DNA of 64,000 bases, the filler included, from Perkinsus olseni (taxonomy: Eukaryota), in assembly GCA_013115125.1 (NCBI GenBank). It is 7 parts of 7 records of this genome, joined end to end, with 100 filler letters (N's around TTAATTAATTAA, not from the genome) between each part and the next. Parts side by side here need not be neighbours in the genome. Positions count along the whole stretch, not along the records: positions 46,345 to 55,481 come from JABANN010000931.1; positions 55,582 to 64,000 come from JABANN010000971.1; 5 more parts are not named here. One strand, written 5' to 3'. Positions 49,706-62,498 of the stretch are shown here, piece by piece; within the stretch, counting starts at the first letter, position 1; each line of letters begins with the position of its first letter. Below the pieces are notes generated by a model that was not told the origin of the DNA, ran no database searches, and saw only the letters and a program-made list of their open reading frames with translations. Made by a program: the position numbers and the translations under genes.

Positions 49706-49973
49706 TGGTGGTGGCGGCCTCCTTGTCATGCCCAAGCGGTAATGCGCTAATGGTGGCGGCCTCCTTGTCATGCCGAAACGGTTAATGGTGGCGGCCTCCT
49801 TGTCATGCCCAAGCGGTAATGCGCTAATGGTGGCGGCTTCCTTGTCATGCCGAAACGGTTGATGGTGGCGGCCTCCTTGTCATGCTCAAGCGGTAGTGCG
49901 CTAATGGTGGCGGCCTCCTTGTCATGCTCAAGCGGTAATGCCGAGCGGTTAAGTGTTGATGGTGGCGGCCTTC
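49706..49973. repeat. Minisatellite with core GGTGGCGGCCTCCTTGTCATGC and alternating 42/35-bp units
   Basis: Six full copies plus a partial seventh. Confidence 0.9.
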
Positions 49974-51361
49974 TTTGAACTGCTGAAGGAATATGGAGTT
50001 AAATTGTAGCGACCTTCTCGCCCTCCTTGGATTTTGAATCTGTGGAAGCGGTGCCAGTAGCGTCCCTCTACGAAAGGAGGTTCCGTCGGCAATGGTGGAC
50101 TCAGCGGGTTTGTAAAGGGTAAAGAGAGTTCGTGGATTTCACGCTACTTTCTCGCCGGGGGGACTTGATTGTTTGGATATGCGGGGGTTACCTCGATAAA
50201 GCATGGTGTTCGAATTAGTTGCCACTGTCCTTGTTTAAGTTGCGTTAACAAGTACTATGTGCAAGGAGGAAAACACTGTAGAATGCCTATTTAGGCTTAA
50301 CCAGTGTTATCCCTGGGCATATCGTAAAGGCACGAGGGGTTTGCGGGTGACTGTCAAACCGAAACCGAATGTACGTGAGATTCAATCGCATTTAATGGCA
50401 GTGTCTCATTCGCTGTCAACGACTCATGATGTGACGGTTAGCAACTAATCTCGTGTCGCGCTCGTTCGTAATTCCTACGAGTTGAGTATGACGATACGGC
50501 GTTATTGTCAACAACCCAATAACAATCAAGTCCTGCTTAGGCGTCTTGAATCAAGCTTTCTTAGTATCATGTCGAATCCGCAGTCGAATCGGAGCGGTGG
50601 ATTTCGCACGAATACGCGTGTTACCAGGGAAAAAAATAAGTAATACCGGGATAAGGGGCAGGGCCACTGGGTGAATCTTCTGCACCAAACTCATGTATGG
50701 TATAATGGAGAGTCAGTTTCATTCTTCGGTTAAGCTGCCAAATGGTTTGTTCTTGAGTTGTCAATCTATAACGTTAGATTGGTAATGTATGACCGTCTTT
50801 TTTACTATGATCCGCTCTATATGAGAAACTCAGTAGTTCTTGAGCAGTAAAAACCACGCTTATACTACCATGCCGTGGATCACGATTCGCGAAGGAACAC
50901 TAGAGGGCCTATAGTATAGTACTCGGTTGCGTCTACAACGTTGTGCTCGGGCGAGAAGCATGCTACTGAGACCTACATTGCTACTGCATAGCTTACAGAT
51001 CACAACTCACGGTCAGTTGGTCATGACGGAGACAGTGCTCGTTGGAACACCTGCGCTGGCTGACTCTTGTGACCGCCTCCGAGCTCAGTAGAGCGACATC
51101 TGAGTCAGATATCTGACACGATCCCCAAGAACGAACGGAACGCTCGGAACGATACAGCCCTAGTAAGCAATATCATGCCCATCCTTTTTAGTCAAAAGCG
51201 TTAAAGAGCCAGGACAAATCATATGCAGCACATATCATCCCCAGGAGAGATCATAGCCATCAAATATCAATGATATTTGATCGATGATATTAGATCATCT
51301 CCCGGAGAGATCATAGCCAAGACATATCATAGCCAGGAGAGATCAACTTCTCTGTGGGATT

Positions 51362-51433
51362 GTCTATTGTCAGGGGTCGAACCCGGGTCACCAGGGTGGT
51401 AGTCAGCCGCTCTACGTACTGAACTAAATTCGC
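51362..51433 (-). pseudogene. tRNA-derived (Gly-like) pseudogene or SINE head
   Basis: Minus strand gcgaatttagttcagtacgtagag...ctaccac...gacccgggttcgacccctg has A-box and B-box but poorly paired stems. Confidence 0.5.
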
Positions 51434-52438
51434 TGAACTCCCGCGAGGTTCAAAGTCCTCTTTGGACTTGCTTGTCGTAGCGGAGCGGAGCGCGATTCAC
51501 GCTCTAGGAACGTTCCTGAGGCACGTTCTTCAAGAACGTGTTTAATGAACATGCCTGAAGTTCATGCCCAGGCGCGTTCCCGAAACCTTCCAGGAACGTC
51601 TTTATTGAACACAATCTCAGGAACAAACTCTGGGAACAAACTCGCGCTTGTCTATTGAACAGCCCGATAGATCCACAAAGATTTTAAGGCGCGCGCTTCA
51701 AGCGAGCGAATTTTCGAATAGATAAATTATGGCGATAGTCGCCAGAGGCCTTCGTTAATTGGCTCCTCCTCGACCGTCATCAGAGTTTGTATCCTTCCCA
51801 ATGCTTTTTCAAAGCAGCGTGCGACTGCGGTATAAGATGGGCCGGCCCGGCGGAAAAGGTACCTCCTGCTTACTTCGAGCCTTCGGCAAGAATCGGCGTG
51901 CCCATCGGTGAAGAACGTGAAGCGCTATTTACGGGGAAGGTTCTTCCCCGCTCCTTCCCGGAAGGAGGCCCGATTGGCGCTCTTCTCTTCGATGGAACTT
52001 TTCTCATGATGCGCCAGAGATTCTCAATTTCCATAGTTTTCTGACGGCAGGTTTGTACGAGCGTTGGTGGCTCGAGTGGAAGCCCTTCAAAGTGGTGCAT
52101 CAAAAAGTCTGCGCAACGCGAGGCGGTCATGCGAATCCACACGAATGGCCCAAACGATACTGGCCGACTGGATTCTCGAAGAAGGTCGAAAGATCCCCCA
52201 TCAACGCACAGCGAAGGTTCCTTCAGATACGAATCGCCAACAGTGCTGAGTATGCTTTCAATCGGTATGGTTTTGATTACAGAATACCCAAATGGGGTGG
52301 TTGACAGCTGAACAGCGCATGTGATTGTTTCTGTGATGCCGACTCGAGTTGCGTTGATCATTTTGGAAGTTCAGGGAATCCCCTGCTAATCTCTCCTCAC
52401 CCATTTTCATCGCTGAGCAGTATCCTCTCGCTTGTAAG

Positions 52439-54072
52439 ATGAATACCGATGTCTTGAAGAGCGGTGGACCAGACGTCACGGCGATCTTGGGCGACTCTGG
52501 TAAGGTATTGAACACGCTACGCTCAGGGTCTTCCGTCATTGCGGAATCTCCAGGCGGACCGCTCCCGAGCTTCCACAGAGTGTCAGACGGCAACAGGATG
52601 CTTGGGGAAGTCGACCCAAATCACGCCTGCCAAGAGCTCACGTCAGCTTACCGTCGTCACTCTTTGACCCGGGCGCACAAAGGTCGGCGTCGATCGGCAT
52701 TGGATTTCTCATTTCAGTTCTCAGGCGTCGATAGAAGTGCTCGCTTGGCGTGGGCGTTGGACACCAAGAGTCGGGCGAATCAACTTTACCGGGAGGGCAA
52801 GTTTCAGGAGGCGCAGCAGCTGTACGTCGATTGCCTATCGGCCATGGACGGTTCTCCCGAGATGAAAAGCAAGGTGCGATGGTCTTTCTCGTTCTTCGCG
52901 GGACACGACTTTCTCCTCTTTACACGGTAATTCCTTTCAGCCAGCATCCTCAGATTTGACAGTTCACCCGTGGCCGATAGTCAGATACTGGTGCCAATCT
53001 CGGCTAGCCTGGCAGCCTGCATGATCGAGCTCGGCCACTACGCCAAATGTGTGAAGTTGTGTTCCACGTGTATAGAAGCAGTCGGAAGTAGTGCGCCGGA
53101 TGTCTGTGGAGAGGGGGCACAGCAAGTTCTGAGGAGGCAAGTGCCTTCGCCGCCTCGTCTCCAGCGGGTCGCGTGATCGGGGTTTTCGGCAATCGTTGAT
53201 TCTCACGTGCAACGCGGTGGTCCCAAGGACCGTCTCTGCGTAGTCGGTCTCATATTCGTGCCAGCGAGCTGAACGGGCATTCAGCCGCTGACTGTCGGAG
53301 GTGTCGAATATCGCCTGTCGCCCCCTTAGCTTTCGTGTGGAGACTTCACAGCTCCACAGTGGAGCTGCTCATCTTGTATAGTTAAAAAACCGAACTCATG
53401 TGAAGACCGAAAAGACTCTTATAAAGACCGGTCTCTTGTCGGTCTCTTGCAAAGACCGAACTCATGCAACATGAGTCATGCTATCTCTGGTCGCTCACAG
53501 AACCGCGAGCTTTTGGCGCGCCGTAAGTGACGAATCCTGTCACGGGAATAGTAGGTGGGAATATATTTCCCAACTACCCAGCGGCCACGGCGTGGGGTAC
53601 TTTTCGTGCGTTACCGATGGAACACAGGTGGGAGTATTTCTTCCGTATCACGAAGGAACGTCGAATATTTCTTTTTGGAGTTGCTTCGGATACGGACTCG
53701 GCGCTCTGTGTACCCCGTACTTAGCTTGCACCAAGTGGATTCATAGTGAACTGTGTCAGGCGAGGTATTGCATACTACCGGCTCGGTGACTACGACAGAG
53801 CACGCAGCGACCTCGAGAGAGTGCCGCTAGAGATGCCTGACGTCAGTCGTTACCTGAGGGCCATCAAACGAAAGCAACGAGATGCACGAAAACTATGCAA
53901 TAAGATGCTGAAATCGGAGGAAATTTACCCGGACAAAGCCATGGAATGGCGGTCGGAAAAACTAGATTTTGATGATCTCTTCACCGATGACTCGTCCCTT
54001 GGCGTCGCCGCGGAAGGGAGTTCAGTTGTGTCACGGTTGCTGTCATGCTGTCGAAGGCGCCGGAGGCCCTGA
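52439..54072 (+). CDS. TPR-repeat protein, three exons, C-terminal CC-polybasic motif
   Basis: TKSRANQLYREGKFQEAQQLYVDCL; SLAACMIELGHYAKCVKLC; RRGIAYYRLGDYDRARSDLERV; ends SCCRRRRRP. Confidence 0.8.
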
Positions 54073-55581
54073 TCGTTTTCCCCCTTAACTTGGAACGAGG
54101 GATATTTTGTTGAACTTCCCTCTCACCATATGCTCAGTCTTTCTAAGTACGAATCACCTATGCCGCCAGCGACGAGCGGATCGGCCGGTCTGAAGTTGAA
54201 AGGAAGTCTAGCTACAACGAAGGAAGTGGAGGCGTGGAAGCAGCAGCTCGCTAAGGTGGTCTGAGCCGCGCCATGGGCAGGAAGGTTGAGTCTTCGATCA
54301 GGAATCCCGTATCACTAAGCCGGCGGAAGATCAAGCCTTGGCGGAAATTGGAGACCATCTTTACCGGGAAAATCGATATTTTGGATTTTACAAGGTGGCT
54401 CGTCCGACGCTCACCGGGAAGATTTCCCGGAGGTCACCGCAGGTCCAAGATTCTTCCGCGGATACTTCGTCGGATTGCAAGAAGATATTCACCCTGGACA
54501 TGATTCAGTGCGATGAAGGATTCGATCCAAAGTGGGTTGGCGACGGCTCGTTAACAGAGTATCTTAGGTTCATCCTAGGTGCCCGAAGGATACGATGAAT
54601 CCTGTTCACAGTCGACGCCAGCGAGGCTTGGAATCTACGAGGCCAGTGAGGTCGAACCAGACGTACGGTTGGCTGAGGCCCATCGATCAGCCCAAATACG
54701 GCTTCGAACGTGAGGGCTTCTGGGCGATTGTGATGTCCCTGAGTGAAGTGCCTAGGTACAAGAATTTGCCATGATTCCTTCATGGACTTTTCGCATCTTT
54801 GAGTGTGCATGTTCAGCGTTCTGTCTACTACATGACTTCAGCGGGTTGTTGCGTTTGCTGCTGTTAGTGCATAAACTGCGATGGGTCCAGCGCGCTCAGA
54901 ACGGTCTTGAAAGACGTGCAATTCACTCGAGAACTCGGCAAAAAAGAGGGTACAGTGGGAAATCCCCGAGACTCCTTCGGCCTCCCGGAAGTCTTGTAGT
55001 TGCTCTCATCCTCAATGGATGCCGTGAATTTCGATAGATGAGCGAGGGGAATGGAGGCTCGGTGAGATCAATCAAGGCCCAAGCCGTATAAGTGTCGTAA
55101 GCAGAGATTGCAATAGGGACACGATTGGGACAAGAACCGCCAATGTAGCGGTGGCGCGGTCACGGAAGGTGTCACGGACCGGTGTGATTTTGTGGCCAGC
55201 GCGTGCCAAGAGCATCCGGCTGATACTATCCGCATTCAGTTCGGTTAGCTGACCTCCTGAAACGGAGGGACTCATGGCAGACCAGTGAGAAGCTCACTGT
55301 GCGTTCCGGTGCGCCTTCAAACTTGACACAATGACGCTCGAGGACTAACGCGAATTCCGCGCCATGTGCAAATCCTTGGCCAACTTGTCCCTGACTGACG
55401 TAGACACTCTGCGACCTCTGTCTCGTATACAGCAGATCTCGAACGGCATCGCGGAGGCACTGCGGTTCACTCAGCCCTCCCNNNNNNNNNNNNNNNNNNN
55501 NNNNNNNNNNNNNNNNNNNNNNNNNTTAATTAATTAANNNNNNNNNNNNNNNNNNNNNNNNNNNNNNNNNNNNNNNNNNNN

Positions 55582-55882
55582 CCCAGAAACTCTTCTTCTC
55601 CCATTCAATCCTTTCTTCATCACTCATCTCATGTGGTGGTCGGCAACAGAATATACTACAACACCAGTAGTTAAAGGCAGCACACTTTTTGCCACGTTTC
55701 TCATAACTATCTGGTTTGGGAGTGCTCTCATCGGTGAAGGCCTCCCTCAACACCGCCTTCGGGGAGGAATTATCCTCAACCGAGAAGTCGTTGTCATCGC
55801 CTCCTCTATCAGAGGCTGTAGAGGTGTTGGAGCGAATCTTCTGGAGCCCACCTCCTTCTCCTGTCTCCAACGGATTGTTCAT
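55582..55882 (-). CDS. N-terminus of a hypothetical protein (Cys cluster YWCCSIFCC), truncated by contig end
   Basis: Open frame MNNPLETGEGGG...EWEKKSFW running into the linker. Confidence 0.55.
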
Positions 55883-56047
55883 TGTTATGCGCAAAATGAA
55901 ACTTTACCAGGGTTATTGGGAATGGCAACAATCTGCCTGCGGCTATTCTATGCCTCGATTTGTTTACACGAATCTAGCCACTCCTCCCCTACGCGCCATC
56001 GGACTCAGGGCGAGAGGGGACAGCATCGGCCTTAGCGCGACACAGAA

Positions 56048-59000
56048 ATGACAATCGTATCGTTTCGGTGGATCACTCTCCCCTAGGGATCATTGAAAAG
56101 CCGTCTGTCACTCAGGTTCTCCATACCACAGGATACCCCCGGCCTTCGAGTTGATTACGGTGTGGTAGAGGGGCAAAAGTAGTAATGGAGGGCTTCGTTA
56201 TTATTGCACGCATGCGCAAGCTATGGGAGCGGCCATACTCATCATACCGCTCCATCCGCAGTCGATATTCATTTCCGGCGGGAAACTCGTCGTCATTGAT
56301 TGTCGTATGCGGGGATAGTATCCAATTCAAGACATCGACATAGTCTCGTTAGATAGCCGGATCAAATCTCGGAGCAGTCGAATTTTCATCCGGAAGGTCC
56401 TGGGTTCGAATCCCAGTGGGGGTATTTTTCTCATGTCGCATAGGTTGAGCTTGGAGTTCGATCCTCTTCTGGTTAAAGTCATCGGAGTCGGTAAGGACTG
56501 GGCGGAGACACTCGAGTGCCTCGTCAACGGGTTGAAGGTGAAAGCGGCGGCTGCCTGCCCTCATCACATCCGCCGAGGTGTGCTCAGGCCATGGTCCTTG
56601 AAGGCCCTGGCATGCGGACCAACGTCCCCAGGCTAATTGAAATCCTCACACATCCAGTTTTCGCAAAAAAGCAGGTTAGACAGAACGCAAACGAGGGCGG
56701 CGATGGGGAACGTCACTTTTAGGAAGACGTTTACACGTCATTCCTGTCCGAGTACATGTCGGGCAAACCGAAAGAAGATAAACCAAAGGAAAAATCAACG
56801 GTGGAAGAAGTAGCGATATGCGCCCCCATGGCGGGTAGGAGGGAGGCATCCTCATCGTAGAAGGGCGATGGCATTGGCGAATAGGTGTTGTTTACGATGT
56901 TAAAGTAAAGGTTGGTGACAAAGTCGCTGATGAGGACGTCGTTGCGGTACTAGAAAGCATGAAAACTCAAACAGAAGTAATGAAGAACGCGAGGCTTTGC
57001 TGGTTGAAACTTGCACTGCAGATAGCGGCTCCCTCGGGAGGAGAGGTTATCAGCGTGAATGTCAATAAGGGTGATCAAGTCGGGGAAGATCAAACCCTCG
57101 TTACGATCTCTGCTGCATCCACTGCTACTACGCAACGCTCGCAAGAGGAGGAGGAAGCGATCGAATCGCACCAAGTGCCCCGGGCTCTTGCCGTTGGTAG
57201 TGAACCATTCCTATCGAGGTCGCGGTGACGGCTTTTTTCGGCAGGGGCTGTGGGAGGGGGTAGAGGCCCGACCAGCATGTGGTTTAAGGCTGTGGCTCTT
57301 ATCGATCGTGAGAGCGGTGCCAAGGGGAAAAGTAGGAGACGAGCACTCGGACGTGAGCTGAGGGAAGGTCCCTAGGTCATAAGAAGGCCATCGCAGGGGT
57401 GCTCACGTCCAAACTATCATCTGAGTCAGCAGCGGGCAAGCGGAATACCGCGCATATGGAAGGTCTCTGCAAAGCTCTACACCAGAAGTTGGCCGAAGTC
57501 GCTGATGTAATGATGTTGTTGGGGCGAGGGTCTATCACGGTCGACCCCTTCAGGGTGGCAGCGAGAAGGCAGTGCAGCTGCATAGGAGTAGAGGGAAGCT
57601 CCTTGCAAGGGAGCGTATCGAGCTACTCATGTGAGGGCTGCTGCCAACCCCTCATCACAGTGGTATGCTCCCCACCTCAGTGACCACGGTACGGAGTTCT
57701 TGGAACTAAGCGCTCTGGCGGCCTACGGTATGTATGACAAGACGGTAGTAGTAGGAAGGTGGGTTGGAGCTGCTCCCCTCACTGCTCACCAGGTACATAA
57801 GGGAGCGATAGTCATTGGCATTGGTGTAGTCCATGGCGTGGAATGTTTAATCATCAGCAATGAGAGTACCATTAAGGGAGGGACTATGTTCCCTATTGGT
57901 GTCAAGAAGAACTTGAGGGCTCAACACATAGCTGAGTGGGTGCAAAGTGCTGCCGCTGCCGTCGGCGGATCATGGTTCCTCACAGATCACTGCATTTGCC
58001 CTGCATCTATTTCGTCGATTCCGGTGGTGCCTTCTTGCCCCTTCAAGCGGAGGTCTTCCCTGAGACTGGCGGAAGAGGTTTCTGTAACCAAGCTAGAATG
58101 TCAAGTATGGGCATACCGCAGTTGGCATGCGTGTGTGGTATGAGCACTGCTGGAGGTCGGCAAGGGGGCGGTGGATAAACTGAATGCTTTTACGATATTT
58201 TCGTCATCATTGAAGGTGCCTACATACCCGCTATGTGCGATGAGATGATCATGGTAAAGGAGCAAGGTACAATCTACCTAGCAGGCCCTCCTCTGGTCAA
58301 GGCAGCCACTGGAGAGGAAGTGAGCGGGCTTTGTCATCATTATCATCCTCACAGTGGTCATCACCCTCAGGTTGGCCCACAGGAGCTCGGTGGTGCTGAT
58401 ATGCACACCACAGTATCGGGAGTAGCTGATAATGTAAAGTCTGCGCGGTCCTGCCCTCTACAACCCCTCCGCTGAGTAGATGGCGGCCGATGAGAAAAGT
58501 GCCATCAAGATCCTGAGAGGGATGGTAGATACCCACACAATGGGAGACACCCTCACCCCTGCCAGGCTGCCAACAACCAGCACAGGTTCGTTGCAGCCTT
58601 ACTCACTGCGCAATCGACGCTGGCGACTTCAGAACCCCCACACCTTGGCTGGGCCCCTCCTCTCGTATCGCCCTCGACCATGCTTTGTGTGGTCCCTGCT
58701 CCTGCTGCTGGGGCAACTGCTGGAACAGTTCTAGCCACCATCAACGCCTACGAAGTGTTAGTGAGAATCTTGGATGTCAGCAGGTGGGCGACTGCCGCCG
58801 GACTCCTACCAGCTTCCATGCCGTCATTGCCTCAGGTTCCACGAGTTCAAGCCACGCTTCGGTACGACGCTAGTGTGCGGCATGGGACGGGTGTGCGGTG
58901 GACCACTTACTGGTGACTGCTTCATAACGGGACGCGGTGGTCGCCTCAATAGTGAACAGCTGGGGCAGCAGTCAGGGTTCGTACATTGAGATCGGTCTAA

Positions 59001-60123
59001 TTTAGTCGCGAAGGCTTGAGGGATGCCTCTCGCGGAAAGGCAGACCAAAGAGAGATCTCCTTGACATCGTGGGAGGCCAGTGAGGTGCTGTTTCCTCTTG
59101 ATGGACATGAGCTAGGAGACAATGTCAAAACCCATGTCAAAAAAATATCGGACGCGAATAAGCACCCTACCTCTGTTACCTGATGTGCTCCGACAGTTGC
59201 CGTATCAGTGTGATCATCATGTCACAGCCGTAGCCACCGAGTTCGCTCCCTCCTTAGGTTTCCTGGCCAACCATCTAGGAGGCCCTCTTACCTCACAAGC
59301 CGCTTTGAAAGCCACGCATTTCCTCATGATATGCGAACAGCGCAGGATGCCTGTGGTGAGGCCTCCCTAAGGAGTAACCCTGTCGTCAGCCTCTGCCGCT
59401 GTGACAGGTATTCCTTCAAAACATAGCCGGCTTTATGGTTGGCAAAAATTACGAGCGTCAAGGCATCACAAAAGATGGTGCTAAGATGGTCATAATCTGC
59501 AGTCGAGCCGCGAGCTCTCACCGAGCGATGCTCAGGTCCGAGCTGTCTCTTGCCTTACAGTACCGAAGATAACCATAATAATAGGCGGCTCACACGGGGC
59601 TGGCAATTACGCGATGGCGGGTGAGCTAACACCTAGCGGCGATCCTCTAGCTCTGTTATGTTCAGGGCGGGCCTATGACCCCGAGTTTTTATTCATGTGG
59701 CCCAACGCTCAGATTTCAGTCATGGGCGCTGCGCAGGCTGCACACGTAAGTTGCGTTGTAACTCTGTTCTCCCATCGCTGCGATCAGGTCCTCACTACGG
59801 TGAGCGGTAAGAAAGATCCCAAGACATTGAAAGCTATGCAGGATGCTGTAGGGCGAATGAAGTACCTGTATTATCGAATCTTGTCGACTCAGGTTACCAA
59901 GAAGTATCTGGCGGAATCCTCATGTTATTACAGTACCGCTAGGATTTGGGATGATGGTGTAATTGATCCTCGGGACACTCGGAAAGTAGCGGCCTGTAGC
60001 GGTAAATCATCATCACCGTCAATTTATCAGGTCCTCGCAATGTGTTTATCACTGTGTGAACGGAAACTTGAAAAACAAAAGGGAAGCTCCGAAGGGAACA
60101 ACTTTGGTGTCTTCCGCATGTGA
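56048..60123 (+). CDS. Biotin-dependent acyl-CoA carboxylase fusion: C-terminal biotin carboxylase fragment + biotinyl domain + methylcrotonyl-CoA carboxylase beta-like carboxyltransferase
   Basis: [33 protein letters not shown]...[94 protein letters not shown]-stop. Confidence 0.85.
56355..56424 (+). pseudogene. tRNA-like relic (intact T-arm and 3' acceptor strand) inside an intron
   Basis: tccggaaggtcctgggttcgaatcccagtgggggta followed by TTTTT; no matching 5' acceptor strand. Confidence 0.45.
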
Positions 60124-60895
60124 AAGAAGTTTTTAATAAGAGTCATTTATAATGATGAATCTTTTCTCTTCCAGTGTTTGGTTTTACAAACACAGTTGCC
60201 TTCGCGTGTGAAACTCGAACACGAGATGCCAGGAGGGCTTTCCCATCATGCGAGCAGTCTGCATCTCTAGCAGTACGCTGGGCAACTCAATCCTGAAGCA
60301 GCAGGTGGATTCTCCTTCGGAGAAACAGCCCAGAATGAGTAGTTCAGAAGAGAGTTCTCAGTGTCGGAAGAGTTTGAAACTCTGCTCTCTGAACAGACAG
60401 AGAGCGGGCGCCTGCTCTACAACACGGAAGCTAATAAGTTCTACCTCTTTTACAGCCTCCATAGCGGTGCATGACTCACTAGAGGTTATTCTGCTGGGGA
60501 TAACCGCTCAATAAATACTCCCCATTCCGGAAGCCACGGCACGATGCGCTACATCAAGACGGTACGAGCGCTATCCGCCGGGCATAGCGACGCCCAGCTA
60601 GGCTACAATGGGGAGATGAGGCTCAGCCTGATTCGTGATGCAGTATCCCCTGGAACCGGACGACGAGTGAGATTGCTTTCCGTAATGGCGAGCCTCCTCA
60701 GACGAGACACTCAAATTCTCATCGGAAGCCTCACGTACACTTGTAAACTGTCCACTCAATGATTCATTCTTTGGATAAACATCGACCGCATGCTACAGCA
60801 ATTACAGCTTCGAATCATAGAGGGTTTGACATCTGTTTTGTTAGTGATGGTCATACAACAACGATATGGAAATAGTCTCCCTCACTTTCGATCTT

Positions 60896-61639
60896 TTACT
60901 CGGTCATTATGACGTCGAATCTACTGGTTTCACGATCGACAGCAGAGTTCCATTCAGCCAGGTTCGAACAGAAGATACGCTTGTTGCCACGAAGATTAGA
61001 CTCACCGGCTCCGCGAAGAGGGAGGACCAGGTTGTTTTTCTCAGGATCCTCCAATTCGGCATAGACGAATAGAGTATCGACCGGCATAAACGACAACGAA
61101 GTGCTATTGATTCCAGTGAGTGATGCGTTAACTGGTACACCACCCTCAATTTCGAGTTCGACACTGCGCTCGGAGTCCATTGCACCGAAGTAACGTCCGG
61201 CAAGATGAGGGTCGTGGCCAGCTTTAAGGAGCTGGAAGCCGCCGTTTCGGCCAATATGATTGATTTCCTTGAGAACATCATTATCATCGGCGATGAAATC
61301 CGCCTCCGAGAAGCATGGCGGACGCCCCAAGTGGCTATTGACGGCCACTTTATAGCTCGTTTGGCGGCTGTCCTCCGAAACTGCATAAACCGTAGCGTAT
61401 CTTACAGGGCCTTTCGGCTTTTTCGCATATCCAGCCAGATAACGGTAAATGTCGGTGAACGGACCTGCTTTCTTACCAGTATTCTTAATCCGGACAACCG
61501 GGTTTCGTCCGTTGGACTCCGGTGACAAATAGTACCGGTTACCACTAAGGCCCTTACCATACAACCATTCGACACCTTCCAAATCACCAGCGTGACAGAA
61601 CACACTGTATCCGAGGAGGACCAACCCCAAGTGGTTCAT
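60896..61639 (-). CDS. Intronless secreted hypothetical protein
   Basis: ~247-aa ORF starting with signal-like MNHLGLVLLGYSVFCHA. Confidence 0.65.
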   Translation of the reverse strand: MNHLGLVLLGYSVFCHAGDLEGVEWLYGKGLSGNRYYLSPESNGRNPVVRIKNTGKKAGPFTDIYRYLAGYAKKPKGPVRYATVYAVSEDSRQTSYKVAVNSHLGRPPCFSEADFIADDNDVLKEINHIGRNGGFQLLKAGHDPHLAGRYFGAMDSERSVELEIEGGVPVNASLTGINSTSLSFMPVDTLFVYAELEDPEKNNLVLPLRGAGESNLRGNKRIFCSNLAEWNSAVDRETSRFDVIMTE

Positions 61640-62498
61640 ATACTGAGGCAAGTTAACCGGAAAGATCGAATAACGGTTGGAAAGCGTTTTTCTCGAGCGC
61701 TGTCGTCCGCACGCCTACGTGAGCGATTTGTCACCTTACCTGAGCATAAGCGTCCGCGCTCGATTCAGTGTACTTGGCACCTCGGAGAGACCGTCTGGAC
61801 ACGTCAATGCGCGCTCTTCTACTTGGTGGTTGTTTGGTTGGTGGAGGTTGATGAACGTTACACTTGTTGTTCGTATAATCGCAGTTACTCGCGGGAGAAC
61901 GTGAGGCGTGAACGTGTCGTGGTGTTGCGCTCTAGTGCTAAGGGTAGAGCATCAATTAGAAGTCGACGCACACAGTCCTTCCATGGCAGCGCCCGAGGAT
62001 CATCGACCGCTCAATCGGTTACACCGACTTCACCTCATAGTCGCCAGGTTGGCCCATCCGGGAAGAATGCTATTCTGTGGGAATTTCCGAGCACTCAAAC
62101 TTGGGCTCGAACTACTGTATGCCTCCAAGCACACGCGTTTTCTGGGTCATGAACTCAACAACCAACAGTTTTGAAAATTGTTTCCCTACAAACGCTGAGA
62201 AGAGCGATGGCATTAACGACGCAAAAGAATAGAACGCAAAGGGCCCGAGAATGGTCGCTGCTGGAACGAACACGTGCCGCGCGAGGTAATTGTTAAAGCA
62301 TTTCCGAGAGATGACCAACATCGATGGCGATCATTAGGAAGTCGCCGAAATCCTCTGAAACACATTTTTGAAGAAACAGTGCCACCAGGATATTCGAGAA
62401 TAGATGATCATCCAGCAACAAGATCCGAACATACAAAACGGTGTTCGGAGGTGGTAAACAGAGAGACTGACCTGAACTCGTGGTCCTCATCATCAAGG

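Noticed and set aside
49706-49973. CRISPR-like repeat-spacer appearance
   Set aside because: Spacers are short, mutually related and recurring; no cas genes; eukaryotic context
9183-55581. TTAATTAATTAA flanked by Ns recurring every ~9.27 kb
   Set aside because: Artificial linker joining similarly sized contigs; no biological periodicity or synteny across it
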